From positions 14,196 to 78,195 of the forward strand of contig JBDRNF010000055.1 in assembly GCA_043811435.1 (NCBI GenBank): 64,000 nt of DNA. The letters are read 5' to 3'. The first letter of the stretch is position 1, and every line of letters starts with the position of its first letter. Below the pieces are notes generated by a model. That model was not told where the DNA came from and did no database searches. It saw nothing but the letters and a program-made list of their open reading frames with translations. Source of the stretch: Pseudomonadota bacterium (lineage in GTDB: Bacteria > Pseudomonadota > Alphaproteobacteria > Rhizobiales > Xanthobacteraceae). Both the position numbers and the translations under genes were made by a program. This document shows positions 41,695 to 55,009 of the stretch, piece by piece.

Positions 41695-43332
41695 ATGACC
41701 ACGCGACCATCAGACTTCACCCCGATCATCGATCTGGTCGCGGAGCCGGGGACCGGCCCGGTGCGCGAGCGGCGCCCGGTCTATGTCGATCTCTTACCTC
41801 CCTGCAATCATGCCTGCCCGGCCGGCGAGAACATCCAGGCTTGGCTCGCCCACGCGCGGGCGGGCCGCTCTCGCGAGGCGTGGCTGACGCTGGTCAAAGA
41901 TAATCCTTTGCCGGCCGTGCACGGACGGGTCTGCTATCATCCGTGCGAGACCAACTGCAATCGGCAACAGATCGACAGTGCGGTCTCGATCCATGCGGTC
42001 GAGCGCTTCCTCGGCGACCAGGCCGCGAAGGAAAACTGGCAACTGCCGATCGCGGCGGCGCCGTCGGGCAAGCGCGTGCTGGTTGTCGGGGCGGGCCCGA
42101 GCGGCCTTTCCGCCGCCTATCATCTGGCACGGCTGGGGCACGCGGTGGAGATTCGCGACGCCGGTCCGCTGCCCGGCGGCATGATGCATTTCGGCATACC
42201 TGCCTATCGGCTGCCGCGCGAAGACCTCATGAAGGAGGTGCGGCGGATCGAGGCGATGGGCGTCAGAATCGTCCTCAATCACAAAGTCGAGGACCTGCTC
42301 GCCGAAAAGGAGGCCGGTCGTTTCGACGCGGTATTCGTTGCGATCGGAGCCCATGCCTCGAAACATGTCGATATCCCGGCCCGCGATGCGGCCCGCGTCC
42401 TCGATGCTGTGACCTTTCTGCGTGGAGCGAGCAGCGGCGAACAACCACGTCTTGGTCGACGGGTCGTGATCTACGGCGGCGGCAACACGGCGATGGATGC
42501 GGCGCGAACAGCAAAGCGTCTCGGCGCCGAAGAGGCAGTGATTATCTACCATCGCGACCGCGAGCACATGCCAGCCCATGCCTTCGAGGCCGAAGAGGCG
42601 ATCGAGGAGGGCGTCAAGATTAAATGGCTGACGAGCATCAAGGAGATTGCCGGTCCGTCGCTGACCGTCGAAGTCATGGAGCTCGGTTCAGACGGCCGGC
42701 CGCAGCCGACCGGTCAGTTTGAGACGCTCGAGGCAGACGCCGTCGTGCTGGCGCTCGGCCAGCAGACCGATAGCGGCTTCCTCCGGAAGGTCCTGGGAAT
42801 TGAATTCCAGTCTGACGGCACCGTCATGGTCGCCTCGAACATGATGACCGGTCATCCCGGGATCTTCGCTGGTGGCGACATGGTGCCGAGCGAGCGCACG
42901 GTAACGGCAGCGGTCGGGCACGGCAAGAAGGCGGCGCGCCACATCGATGGCTGGTTCCGCGGCCATGACGATCAACCTTCGCCGAAGCACCCGGTCGTGT
43001 CGTTCCACATGCTGCAGCTGCCGATCTACAGCGACGCTGAGCAATCGGCGCAGCAAATGCTGCCAGTCACGGCCCGCACGACCGGCTTTGCCGAGGTGAT
43101 GGCCGGGCTGAGCGAGAAGGAAGCATCCTACGAAGCAAACCGCTGCCTGTCCTGCGGCAACTGCTTCGAGTGCGACCAGTGCTATGCGGCGTGCCCCGAG
43201 CAGGCGATCGAGAAGCTTGGCCCCGGCCGGCGCTACCGCTACCTCTACGATCGCTGCACCGGCTGCGCGGTCTGCTTCGAGACCTGTCCGTGCCACGCCA
43301 TCGAGATGATTCCGGAACCAGCGACGACCTGA
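41695..43332 (+). CDS. GltD/NfnB/PreT-like NAD(P)-dependent Fe-S flavoprotein with a C-terminal 2x[4Fe-4S] domain
   Basis: PCNHACPAG, GRVCYHPCETNC, GAGPSG, GGGNTAMD, AGGD, CLSCGNCFECDQCYAACP, CTGCAVCFETCP; ATG 41695. Confidence 0.9.
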   Translation: MTTRPSDFTPIIDLVAEPGTGPVRERRPVYVDLLPPCNHACPAGENIQAWLAHARAGRSREAWLTLVKDNPLPAVHGRVCYHPCETNCNRQQIDSAVSIHAVERFLGDQAAKENWQLPIAAAPSGKRVLVVGAGPSGLSAAYHLARLGHAVEIRDAGPLPGGMMHFGIPAYRLPREDLMKEVRRIEAMGVRIVLNHKVEDLLAEKEAGRFDAVFVAIGAHASKHVDIPARDAARVLDAVTFLRGASSGEQPRLGRRVVIYGGGNTAMDAARTAKRLGAEEAVIIYHRDREHMPAHAFEAEEAIEEGVKIKWLTSIKEIAGPSLTVEVMELGSDGRPQPTGQFETLEADAVVLALGQQTDSGFLRKVLGIEFQSDGTVMVASNMMTGHPGIFAGGDMVPSERTVTAAVGHGKKAARHIDGWFRGHDDQPSPKHPVVSFHMLQLPIYSDAEQSAQQMLPVTARTTGFAEVMAGLSEKEASYEANRCLSCGNCFECDQCYAACPEQAIEKLGPGRRYRYLYDRCTGCAVCFETCPCHAIEMIPEPATT

Positions 43333-43346
43333 GAGCGAGGCGACCG

Positions 43347-46972
<3,626 letters not shown>

Positions 46973-46976
<4 letters not shown>

Positions 46977-47143
46977 AAGCGGTTACCCTCAGCACTCATG
47001 AGTTCGACTGCGACGCGTTGGTGCGCGCCGATGAGCATCATGACCATGAACTCACCTTCTTGCTGCCACGTCTCGACAAGTCGACAGCGCAGCTCGTGGG
47101 ATCGGTGACCGAGCGAACGGGCGTGCCTGCAGGCGGGAATTGA
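46973..47143 (+). CDS. 56-aa hypothetical protein coupled to nifJ
   Basis: ATGA overlap with the nifJ stop; MKAVTLSTHEFDCDALVRADEHHDHELTF... Confidence 0.4.
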
Positions 47144-47168
47144 GCGAACGAGCATTCAGGAGCAGCAC

Positions 47169-48173
47169 ATGAATCTGACGACACATTATATGGGGCTACG
47201 CCTCAGGAATCCGCTGATCGCCTCGGCTTCGTCGCTCAACGGCGATGTCGGGACACTGCGTGCGCTGGAGGATTACGGCGCGGGCGCGGTCGTGCTGCCG
47301 TCGATCTTCGAGGAGCAGATCGTCGCCGAGCGGCACGAGTTCGAACGCCGCACCGAGGTGTCCGCAATGGGGTTCGCCGAGGCTCAGACCTATTTCCCGA
47401 CCTATGATGGCTATGGTTTCGGGCCAGAGCGTTATCTCGACATCGTGCGCAGTGCCAAGGAGGCGATCAGCATTCCGGTCATCGCCAGCCTGAACTGTGT
47501 GACGCACGCCGGTTGGGTCGACTACGCCCGCCTTCTGCAGCAGGCGGGCGCGGATGCGATCGAGCTGAATATCTATCTCATCCCGGCCGATCTGGCGATG
47601 ACTGGTCGCGAGGTCGAACAGCATTATCTCGATATCCTGCGCGCCGTGAAAGACTCGGTATCGATCCCTGTCGCGGTCAAGATTGGTCCGTCCTTCAGTG
47701 CGATCGGGGCCATGGCGCGTGCGCTCGCCGACGGCGGCGCCGACGCATTGGTGTTGTTCAATCGCTTCCATCAGCCCGACATCGACATCGTGACGTTGCG
47801 TCTTTCGATGGATCTTCAGCTCAGCACACCGACCGAGATTCGGTTGCCGTTGCTGTGGATCGCGATCCTCTATGGACGCCTCCGGGCGTCGCTCGCCGCC
47901 ACCACAGGAGTCGAATCGGCGGACGAGGTCTTCAAGTACCTGCTGGCCGGCGCCGACACGGTCATGACGACCTCATCGCTGCTGCGACACGGCGTTGGCC
48001 ACATGCGAACGCTGGTCGATGGACTGTCTGCCTTGCTTGCCGCGCGTGAGATCGGTTCGCTCAGCGACATCCGTGGCCGCATGAGCCAGCGAAACCTGAA
48101 GAATCCGACTGCATTCGAGCGCGCAAATTACGTTCATATTATGCAGGGCTATCACATTGCAGCTGCCCCATGA
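47169..48173 (+). CDS. dihydroorotate dehydrogenase-like FMN protein
   Basis: YMGLRLRNPLIAS, SIFEEQI, PVIASLN, GADAIELNIY, PVAVKI, LVLFNRF, KYLLAGAD. Confidence 0.9.
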   Translation: MNLTTHYMGLRLRNPLIASASSLNGDVGTLRALEDYGAGAVVLPSIFEEQIVAERHEFERRTEVSAMGFAEAQTYFPTYDGYGFGPERYLDIVRSAKEAISIPVIASLNCVTHAGWVDYARLLQQAGADAIELNIYLIPADLAMTGREVEQHYLDILRAVKDSVSIPVAVKIGPSFSAIGAMARALADGGADALVLFNRFHQPDIDIVTLRLSMDLQLSTPTEIRLPLLWIAILYGRLRASLAATTGVESADEVFKYLLAGADTVMTTSSLLRHGVGHMRTLVDGLSALLAAREIGSLSDIRGRMSQRNLKNPTAFERANYVHIMQGYHIAAAP

Positions 48174-48541
48174 GCGGCGCGGCCCCGTCTATGATCGAAC
48201 TGAGATCTGCAGTGGAACCACTCGCAGCAGCCGTCTTAACCATATCGGTCTTAGTCTCGCCGGGCATGGCAGCCGACGATCAGGCCGCATTCCGAAAGCA
48301 TGGTGAAGCGCTTGTTTCAGAATATTGTGCGCGCTGCCATGCGGTCGGCCGCGTCGGCGTGAGCCCGCATCGTGGCGCGCCCGCGTTCCGTACGCTCGCT
48401 CGTCGCTATCCGATTGAGGGGTTGGAGGAAGCCCTGGGCGAGGGCATAGTCACTGGGCACCCCCACATGCCGGAATTTCGCTTCAATGGGGACGACGTCG
48501 GTGCCATCATCGCGTATCTCAAATCTATCCAGGAACGATGA
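48170..48541 (+). CDS. periplasmic monoheme cytochrome c
   Basis: Signal peptide, CARCH, EALGEGIVTGHPHMPEF. Confidence 0.88.
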   Translation: MSGAAPSMIELRSAVEPLAAAVLTISVLVSPGMAADDQAAFRKHGEALVSEYCARCHAVGRVGVSPHRGAPAFRTLARRYPIEGLEEALGEGIVTGHPHMPEFRFNGDDVGAIIAYLKSIQER

Positions 48542-48610
48542 AGCCGAAGGGGGCGACCATGGGCCACTCGACAGGAGTCGCCATGGAATGCCTGCTGAGT
48601 ACGATACGAT

Positions 48611-49684
48611 CTAAGGGCTGATCGCGACCTTCAGCACTCCGTCGCGCTGATGGGCGAAAAGATCGTAGGCCTTCTCGATATCGTCGAGTTTGTAGCGGTG
48701 GGTGACCAGTGACGTCAGGTCGACGCGGCCTGAGGCAATCACGTCCATCAGGCGTCGCATCCGCTCTTTGCCGCCCGGACACAGCGTCGTGACGATCTTG
48801 TGATCACCAAGCCCCGCGGCGAAAGCACCGAGCGGGATCTTGAGATCGGTCGAGTAGACGCCGAGGCTCGAAAGTGTGCCCCCCGGCCGGAGTACACGCA
48901 GCGCGGCCTCGAAGGTCGCCTGCGTGCCCAGCGCCTCGATTGCGACATCGACGCCGCGTCCATCGGTGATCCTCATGATCTCGTCAACAGGGTTCACCTT
49001 CTTGAAGTCGACAGTGAAGTCCGCGCCGAGCTTGCGGGCCATGACGAGTCGTTCAGCGACCGCATCGACGGCGATGATTGTCGTCGCGCCTTTCAGCCTG
49101 GCGCCCGCCGTGGCGCAAAGCCCGATTGGCCCTTGCGCAAAGACTGCCACGATATCGCCGATACGAATATCTCCGCTTTCGGCTCCACCGAAACCCGTCG
49201 ACATGATGTCCGGACACATCAGAACCTGCTCGTCTGTCAGACCGTCGGGCACCAGACTCAAATTTGCCATAGCATCGGGAACGCGTACGAATTCGGCCTG
49301 ACAGCCATCGATGGTGTTGCCGAACTTCCACCCGCCGATCGGCTTCCAGCCATGCTTGGTGCCAGCGCCGTCTTGCGAGTGATAGCCGCAGAGGCATGCG
49401 TTGCTGTGGCCGCTGGGCGTAATCGCTCCAGCGATGACGCGTTGGCCTTCATGAAAGTCCGTAACGGCAGAGCCGAGCTTTTCGATTACACCGACTGGCT
49501 CGTGACCGATGGTCAGCCCCTTGGCGACAGGATATTCGCCCTTGAGAATATGGACATCCGTCCCGCAGATTGTCGTGGTCGTGATCCGAACGAGCGCATC
49601 GAGCGGGCCGATATCCGGGATCGGCTTTTCATCGAGTACGATGCGGCCCGTTTCGACAAAAATAGCGGCTTTCATTTTCGACAT
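48611..49684 (-). CDS. Zn-dependent NAD(P) alcohol dehydrogenase
   Basis: ICGTDVH, GHEPVG, CPDIMSTG, QGPIGL; ATG 49684. Confidence 0.93.
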   Translation of the reverse strand: MSKMKAAIFVETGRIVLDEKPIPDIGPLDALVRITTTTICGTDVHILKGEYPVAKGLTIGHEPVGVIEKLGSAVTDFHEGQRVIAGAITPSGHSNACLCGYHSQDGAGTKHGWKPIGGWKFGNTIDGCQAEFVRVPDAMANLSLVPDGLTDEQVLMCPDIMSTGFGGAESGDIRIGDIVAVFAQGPIGLCATAGARLKGATTIIAVDAVAERLVMARKLGADFTVDFKKVNPVDEIMRITDGRGVDVAIEALGTQATFEAALRVLRPGGTLSSLGVYSTDLKIPLGAFAAGLGDHKIVTTLCPGGKERMRRLMDVIASGRVDLTSLVTHRYKLDDIEKAYDLFAHQRDGVLKVAISP

Positions 49685-49792
49685 GACGTCTTCTTGCGTG
49701 TACGGGGCCAAATACATCGTGTCTGCGCAATTCCCATCGCTTCGTTTGGCAAGAGCTGCAACGGCGACAGGAACCGGTCCATTATCCAGCTA

Positions 49793-51295
49793 TCAGGCGA
49801 TCAGCTTCGCGCGCTCCACCCGTTGCTCAATCTCCATTTCTGCCGGTGCTGTGACCAGTGAGCGATAGAGGTCGGCATAGGCTTGAGCCGAGCGGCTCCA
49901 TCCGAAATCCTGCCGCATGGCGCAGGATCGAATCTTTCGCCAGGCGATCGGTTCATGGTAGAGCGAAAGGGCGCGCCGCATGCATGCGATCAGATCGTGA
50001 ACCGTCGGCTGGTTGAAGGAGAACCCGGTCGCTATCCCGTCTTTGATATTGTTCGGATCAACGTCGACGACGCTATCGGCCAGCCCGCCACTTCTGCGAA
50101 CGATCGGGAGGGTCCCATAGCGCATAGCATAAATCGGGGCGAGCCCGCACGGCTCAAACCGTGAGGGATGCAGCAGCATATCGGCGCCCGCGAGAAGGCG
50201 GTGTGCAAGGGCTTCCTCGTACCCGATTTGGACCGAGACCTGTCCTGGATAGCCTGCCGCAAGTTCGCGGAAGCGGCGTTCGCAATCGGCATCCCCTTGC
50301 GCGACGAGCGCAAACTGGATGTCCTCGGCAAGAAGCGCGGGCAGCGCCTCCAGGACGACATCGGGCATCTTCTGGTGTGCGAGCCGGCTCATGAAGGCGA
50401 TGAGAGGAGTGTCGGGCGAAGGCTCAAGCCCCATCTCCTTCTGTATCGCAGTCTTGCACGCGCGTTTCGGCGAGATCTGGCGTGGTGTGTACGTGTGCGT
50501 GAGGTTGATATCGCTTCCTGGATCCCAAACGCGGTAATCGGCACCATTCATGATCCCTGTCAGGCAGGCCGCCCTCTCACTCAACAGTCCTTCGAGCCCA
50601 CAACCATATTCGGGGGTCAGGATTTCGTGACTGTAGGTCGGGCTCACGGTTGTCAGCGCGTCGGCCCAACAGATCCCGGCTTTCAGAAAGGAGATTTGCC
50701 CATAGAATTCAAGCGTCGAGCAGGTGTTCCGGTCATTGGGCAGGGCCAGCTTTCCGAGTTCGTCTGCTGCAAAGATGCCCTGATAGGCCAGGTTGTGAAT
50801 GGTCAAGACGGATGCCGGTCGCGGCCCAGAGCGCATTGATAACAGCAGAGGCAGCAGTCCAGCATGCCAGTCATGGGCGTGTACGATGTCCGGCCGCCAG
50901 TGCGTGTTTGCCGATCCATCGGCGACGAGGGCGGCAACATGGTTCAGCAACGCAAAGCGCAGCGCGTTGTCATGCCAATCGCGACCATCTTCATTCTGGT
51001 AGATGCCGCCTTTGCGGCCGTAGAGAACTGGACAATCCACCAACCATACGTGAACCCCTGTGTCGGGGAGGCGTGTCGAGAGCAGGCGCACATCGCCGCA
51101 GCCCAATAGCCCGTCGAATCGAGCCATCTCGGACGGGTTTGTGGCACGCTCGATGACTTGCGGATAGCCTGGAAGGAGCAGCCGCGCGTCAATGCCGAGG
51201 TCGTTCAAGGCAGCGGGAAGGGCCGCCGAAACATCTGCCAAACCACCGGTTTTTGCGAGTGGGAAAACCTCCGACGCAACATGAAGCACGCGCAT
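49793..51295 (-). CDS. glgA: glycogen synthase
   Basis: MRVLHVASE.FPLAKTGGLADV, HAHDWH, TIHNLAYQG, SRFEPCGL; ATG 51295. Confidence 0.96.
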   Translation of the reverse strand: MRVLHVASEVFPLAKTGGLADVSAALPAALNDLGIDARLLLPGYPQVIERATNPSEMARFDGLLGCGDVRLLSTRLPDTGVHVWLVDCPVLYGRKGGIYQNEDGRDWHDNALRFALLNHVAALVADGSANTHWRPDIVHAHDWHAGLLPLLLSMRSGPRPASVLTIHNLAYQGIFAADELGKLALPNDRNTCSTLEFYGQISFLKAGICWADALTTVSPTYSHEILTPEYGCGLEGLLSERAACLTGIMNGADYRVWDPGSDINLTHTYTPRQISPKRACKTAIQKEMGLEPSPDTPLIAFMSRLAHQKMPDVVLEALPALLAEDIQFALVAQGDADCERRFRELAAGYPGQVSVQIGYEEALAHRLLAGADMLLHPSRFEPCGLAPIYAMRYGTLPIVRRSGGLADSVVDVDPNNIKDGIATGFSFNQPTVHDLIACMRRALSLYHEPIAWRKIRSCAMRQDFGWSRSAQAYADLYRSLVTAPAEMEIEQRVERAKLIA

Positions 51296-51389
51296 GTCGA
51301 AAATATCCCCCGCTGCTGAACCGCACCGCCCACCGAACCGCATCGGTGCGACCGCATTATTTCTTATAGGAAGCGGTCGGCTGGCCTCT

Positions 51390-51403
51390 TTGACCCGGAT
51401 TAA
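51390..51403. promoter_or_regulatory. FNR/FixK-like box upstream of glgA-adh
   Basis: tct-TTGAC-ccgg-ATTAA-aga. Confidence 0.8.
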
Positions 51404-51458
51404 AGATTTCAGCCAAAAGGCAAATAGCGCGCGGCCGGTGCGGGCTACCAGCCTCTAC

Positions 51459-51953
51459 GGCCAGTCTCTAGTCTAGGGTATGCTATCTTCAAAGACGGCA
51501 CCAATCGAGATTAGACCCGTAGTCGGGTGTACTCAGCGGCATGGCCGGCAGACCGCCGGTGAGAGCACCACCCCCAGCGCGGGCCGGACGTGATCGGCGT
51601 GGACTGGGGACTGGAATACGCTCTGGTCGGTCAGGCCGACCCTCGCAGTCTCCAGAAATGGTAAGTGCAATATCAAGATGCGCGCCGTTCGGGCGTTGCG
51701 GAAGTGGCCAACTCAGGCGGTTTCGAGAAGCAATGCCGGGTCACCGTCGACCCCGGCAAGCTGTTGCCTACAAGAGGGTACTGGAGTTCACGGCACCGGG
51801 TATCGAGTATATGGTGCGCGGGAGAGACAGCTTTCAAGGCCTTCCGACATCGAGAAGCTGGCGGTCGGAGCACAGTCCGATGGGACGCCTATTCTCGTGC
51901 GCGACATTGGTTTCGTCCGTATCGGACCGGACATGCGTCGCGGCGTGGCAGAC
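51459..51953 (+). pseudogene. CusA/CzcA heavy-metal RND efflux gene remnant
   Basis: Fragments in shifting frames: IFKDGT, GPDVIGVDWGLEYALV, GVAEVANSGGFEKQ..VTVDP, EYMVRG, DGTPILVRDIGFVRIGPDMRRGVAD; boundaries approximate. Confidence 0.78.
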
Positions 51954-51994
51954 GACAAGAGGATGGACCTCGCATTCCTTCCCGTTATCCCCTG

Positions 51995-52594
51995 TCAGAA
52001 GGTCGCGATGAGGGGTAGGAGAATCGCGTCGGCGGTTTGCCTTTGCACGTCATTGAGAGTGGAATACAATCCCGTAAAGCTTGCGCGCGCTGATTTCACG
52101 GCCTCAAGTCGCTCCGCCAGATGGCGCTCGTAGTGCTCGAGCCGCTCGGTCGAGGGTGTTTTATCGTCCAGGACAGCAAGCCTGCGCGCTTCGGCAAGGT
52201 GCTGGCGTCCGGACCGGAGCGCCTCAGCCAGCGCATTCCAGTCCGCCATCTGCTTATCCGTGATCTGGAGTTCTGCTTTGAGGAAAGCGATGCGTTCCTC
52301 GGCCAGTTCGGTAGCATTGGCCGGACCTTTGGCGGCGCCGGTCCCGGACTTCGGGCCGATCTGGTTCCGCATCATTTTTTCCGTCCTTATGAACATTTCG
52401 CCGTGATCATGCTGCTGACCCGTATTGCTGCCGCCGGACCCCATCGCGTCCGGTTGCTTGGGCTTCATACCGTCATCCATTGCAAGCAGACGTTCTCCAG
52501 CCCTGATCCGATCACCGGCCGCAAATACAGCTGTCGTCATGCCTAGAAGAACGAGCGTCGATGCGACGCCGATCAGCTTGCACGAAACCTTCAT
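51995..52594 (-). CDS. exported Spy/CpxP-like (LTXXQ) protein
   Basis: Signal peptide; RIAFLKAELQITDKQ..DWNALA...LYSTLNDVQRQTAD; ATG 52594. Confidence 0.8.
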   Translation of the reverse strand: MKVSCKLIGVASTLVLLGMTTAVFAAGDRIRAGERLLAMDDGMKPKQPDAMGSGGSNTGQQHDHGEMFIRTEKMMRNQIGPKSGTGAAKGPANATELAEERIAFLKAELQITDKQMADWNALAEALRSGRQHLAEARRLAVLDDKTPSTERLEHYERHLAERLEAVKSARASFTGLYSTLNDVQRQTADAILLPLIATF

Positions 52595-52737
52595 CGTCTT
52601 TCTCCAAAATTGCAGCAGATCCCCGACGGGGTCCGCATCAGAGTGCCCTTCATTCAACGGTGCGTTCCAAGCAACGCATTCCGGCTCGGTGAGAGGTGCG
52701 CTCATCGTATAGTGCGTATCGACGCCCGCCGCGGCAG

Positions 52738-53211
52738 TTACTGACGACGGCCCATCATATCCTGATGCTGCATCATCTGTTCCATCATCATTTGCATCGT
52801 TCCCATACGCTGCTCCATCTTTCCCATGCGTCCCCGCATCTCCTGCGGCTCCTGTTTTGTGGACGACTTTTTGTCACCGCCCCGCATCATCCCACCGCCG
52901 CCGGGCATCATCCCCATGCCGGGACCGTCCGCCTTCATCATCGTCCCCATCGTTTCCCGCATGGTCGCCATGTGCTCCGTCATCAGCTTCTGACGCTCGG
53001 CCGGATCGGATGTGGAATGGATCTTCGCCATCTGCTCCTGCATCTTCTTCATCGACGCCTGCATGTCTTGCATGCCGCCGCCCATCATTTGGCCGCCCGG
53101 CGATGCTTGAGGCAAAGGTGTGGCCGGCGGTTGGCCGGGCGTCTGCGCATGGGCGACTGAGAGAGAGCTCACGACCAAGAGTGCGGCGACCAGTTTTGAC
53201 GCGGTTTTCAT
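52738..53211 (-). CDS. exported Met-rich protein (candidate Cu/Ag-binding)
   Basis: Signal peptide ending AHA; about 31 Met in 157 aa by manual count; DPAERQKLMTEHM; ATG 53211 with RBS GGAG. Confidence 0.8.
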   Translation of the reverse strand: MKTASKLVAALLVVSSLSVAHAQTPGQPPATPLPQASPGGQMMGGGMQDMQASMKKMQEQMAKIHSTSDPAERQKLMTEHMATMRETMGTMMKADGPGMGMMPGGGGMMRGGDKKSSTKQEPQEMRGRMGKMEQRMGTMQMMMEQMMQHQDMMGRRQ

Positions 53212-53328
53212 CGGGTTCTCCATGATCCTGTAAGAGGTGCAAATCTCGCGCGGGCAAAAGACTTCAACGACATCCGACGCGAGGACTCGTCCGCGTCGAA
53301 GATGTCTCATCCTTCCGCGACCTAAACA

Positions 53329-53342
53329 TTGATCCACGTTAA
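53329..53342. promoter_or_regulatory. FNR/FixK-like box upstream of the Met-rich gene
   Basis: aca-TTGAT-ccac-GTTAA-aga. Confidence 0.78.
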
Positions 53343-53455
53343 AGAACGATGGCGGCCCGTGCATCTTCGGCTGGAGTCGGGCCGATCGAAACCATCGCAA
53401 ACACGATACTCGCCTTGAAATGATCTTGCGATGCAGCGACGTGCCGGAAGAGTCA

Positions 53456-53484
53456 CCCGCCGCCTGCTGAGGTCAGGCGGCGGG
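53456..53484. repeat. perfect 11-bp inverted repeat between two divergent promoters
   Basis: cccgccgcctg-ctgaggt-caggcggcggg. Confidence 0.8.
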
Positions 53485-53531
53485 AAGGTTCGGGCCACGC
53501 GTCGGATTGAGCTGAGATCCGGAACAGGTGT

Positions 53532-53545
53532 TTAATCCTCATCAA
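53532..53545. promoter_or_regulatory. FNR/FixK-like box upstream of cfa
   Basis: reverse strand tct-TTGAT-gagg-ATTAA-aca. Confidence 0.8.
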
Positions 53546-53608
53546 AGAATGCAGCCGCAGCCAGTAGTCAACTGGTAATCAGTCCTCGTCGCCAGTGCGG
53601 AGCCAAGA

Positions 53609-55009
53609 ATGAGTATCCAGTCCGACCATTCGTCCTTTGCTTCTGCCTCCGAGAGGCTCCGGTCGTTCGATGGTGAAATGAGTCGATCAAGCCCACGCCG
53701 GTCACTCAAAAACATTGGAACGAACGCGGGTATGTTTCTGTTGCGGGGGGTGCTCGGGCAGATCGTTCGCAAAGGCACATTGACTTTGATTGCGCCCGAC
53801 GGGTGCGTCCACCGCACCGGTACCGGCGGGCCGTTAATAACAATCCGTATCGTGGATCCTCGAATCATTCCGAAGCTGCTGTTGAACCCCGATCTGGCGC
53901 TCGGGGAGGGCTACGCGGACGGTGCGCTCTTGGTGGAAGACGGCGACATCTACGATTTCCTCGATCTGTGCTTTGTCAACCTCGGCTGGAGCAGTGGAGA
54001 GGGGGTGAGGCGCGTTCGCGCATACCTCAAGCGCCTTTTCCGACGCGTCGCACAGCACAATCCTATGCCGGTCGCACGCGCTAACGTCGCGCACCACTAC
54101 GACTTATCGGATGTGCTTTACGAGCAATTTCTCGACCCCGACCGTCAGTATTCGTGTGCGTATTACAGATCGCCCGCCGATACTTTGGAACGTGCGCAAG
54201 AGCAAAAAAAGCGGCACCTCGCGGCAAAGTTGTTGCTGAGGCCAGGCCAGCGGGTCCTCGACATCGGGTCGGGGTGGGGCGGGCTCGGCCTTTATCTTGC
54301 CAAGGTCGCTGACGTCGACGTTACGGGTTTGACCCTGTCGACCGAGCAACATGCGTACGCGCAGCGGCGGGCCAGCGAGATCGGCGTCGGCGCCCATGTC
54401 AGATTTTTACTAAAGGACTATCGACAAGAGGAGGGCCGGTATGACCGCATCATTTCGGTCGGCATGTTTGAGCATGTCGGCGTGGGGCACTATAGCGAAT
54501 ACTTCGAAAAGGTCAGAGACCTCCTCACGGACGACGGTGTCGCATTGATCCATACCATTGGCCGCGCCGATGGTCCAGGCGCGGCCAATGGCTGGATCAA
54601 CAAGTACATCTTTCCGGGCGGATACGTTCCGGCGCTTTCCGAGATCCTGCCGGCCATTGAGCGGGCGGGGCTTTACGTGACCGACGTCGAGGTACTGCGG
54701 CTGCATTACGCGGAAACCTTGAAGGCGTGGCGGCAGCGCTTCCTTGCAAACCGGCAGCGCGTCGCCGAAATTTACGACGAGCGTTTCTGCCGGATGTGGG
54801 AATTCTACCTGGCCGGTTGCGAGGCAGGTTTCCGCCATGGCGGCCTGATCAATTTCCAAATTCAGCTGAGCAAGCGGGTCGATGCGGTGCCGCTGACCCG
54901 AGATTACATCCAGGAATGGGAGCGCATGCACCGAGGCGATGCAGCGGTGGCTGATTTCACCCTTCAAGCTCGTCGCTTTCCAAGCAGAGGCGGAGAGCCA
55001 GCAAAGTGA
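53609..55009 (+). CDS. cfa: cyclopropane-fatty-acyl-phospholipid synthase family methyltransferase
   Basis: NVAHHYDLS, QYSCAY, LDIGSGWGG, SVGMFEHVG, KYIFPGG, RMWEFYLAGCE; true start may be downstream. Confidence 0.92.
   Translation: MSIQSDHSSFASASERLRSFDGEMSRSSPRRSLKNIGTNAGMFLLRGVLGQIVRKGTLTLIAPDGCVHRTGTGGPLITIRIVDPRIIPKLLLNPDLALGEGYADGALLVEDGDIYDFLDLCFVNLGWSSGEGVRRVRAYLKRLFRRVAQHNPMPVARANVAHHYDLSDVLYEQFLDPDRQYSCAYYRSPADTLERAQEQKKRHLAAKLLLRPGQRVLDIGSGWGGLGLYLAKVADVDVTGLTLSTEQHAYAQRRASEIGVGAHVRFLLKDYRQEEGRYDRIISVGMFEHVGVGHYSEYFEKVRDLLTDDGVALIHTIGRADGPGAANGWINKYIFPGGYVPALSEILPAIERAGLYVTDVEVLRLHYAETLKAWRQRFLANRQRVAEIYDERFCRMWEFYLAGCEAGFRHGGLINFQIQLSKRVDAVPLTRDYIQEWERMHRGDAAVADFTLQARRFPSRGGEPAK

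Noticed and set aside
47169-48173. Calling this gene pyrD
   Set aside because: The catalytic SCP motif is missing and the context is PFOR, not pyrimidine synthesis.
52696-53160. His-rich 154-aa plus-strand ORF
   Set aside because: The CAT codons are the reverse complement of ATG codons in the Met-rich gene, which has an RBS and signal peptide.
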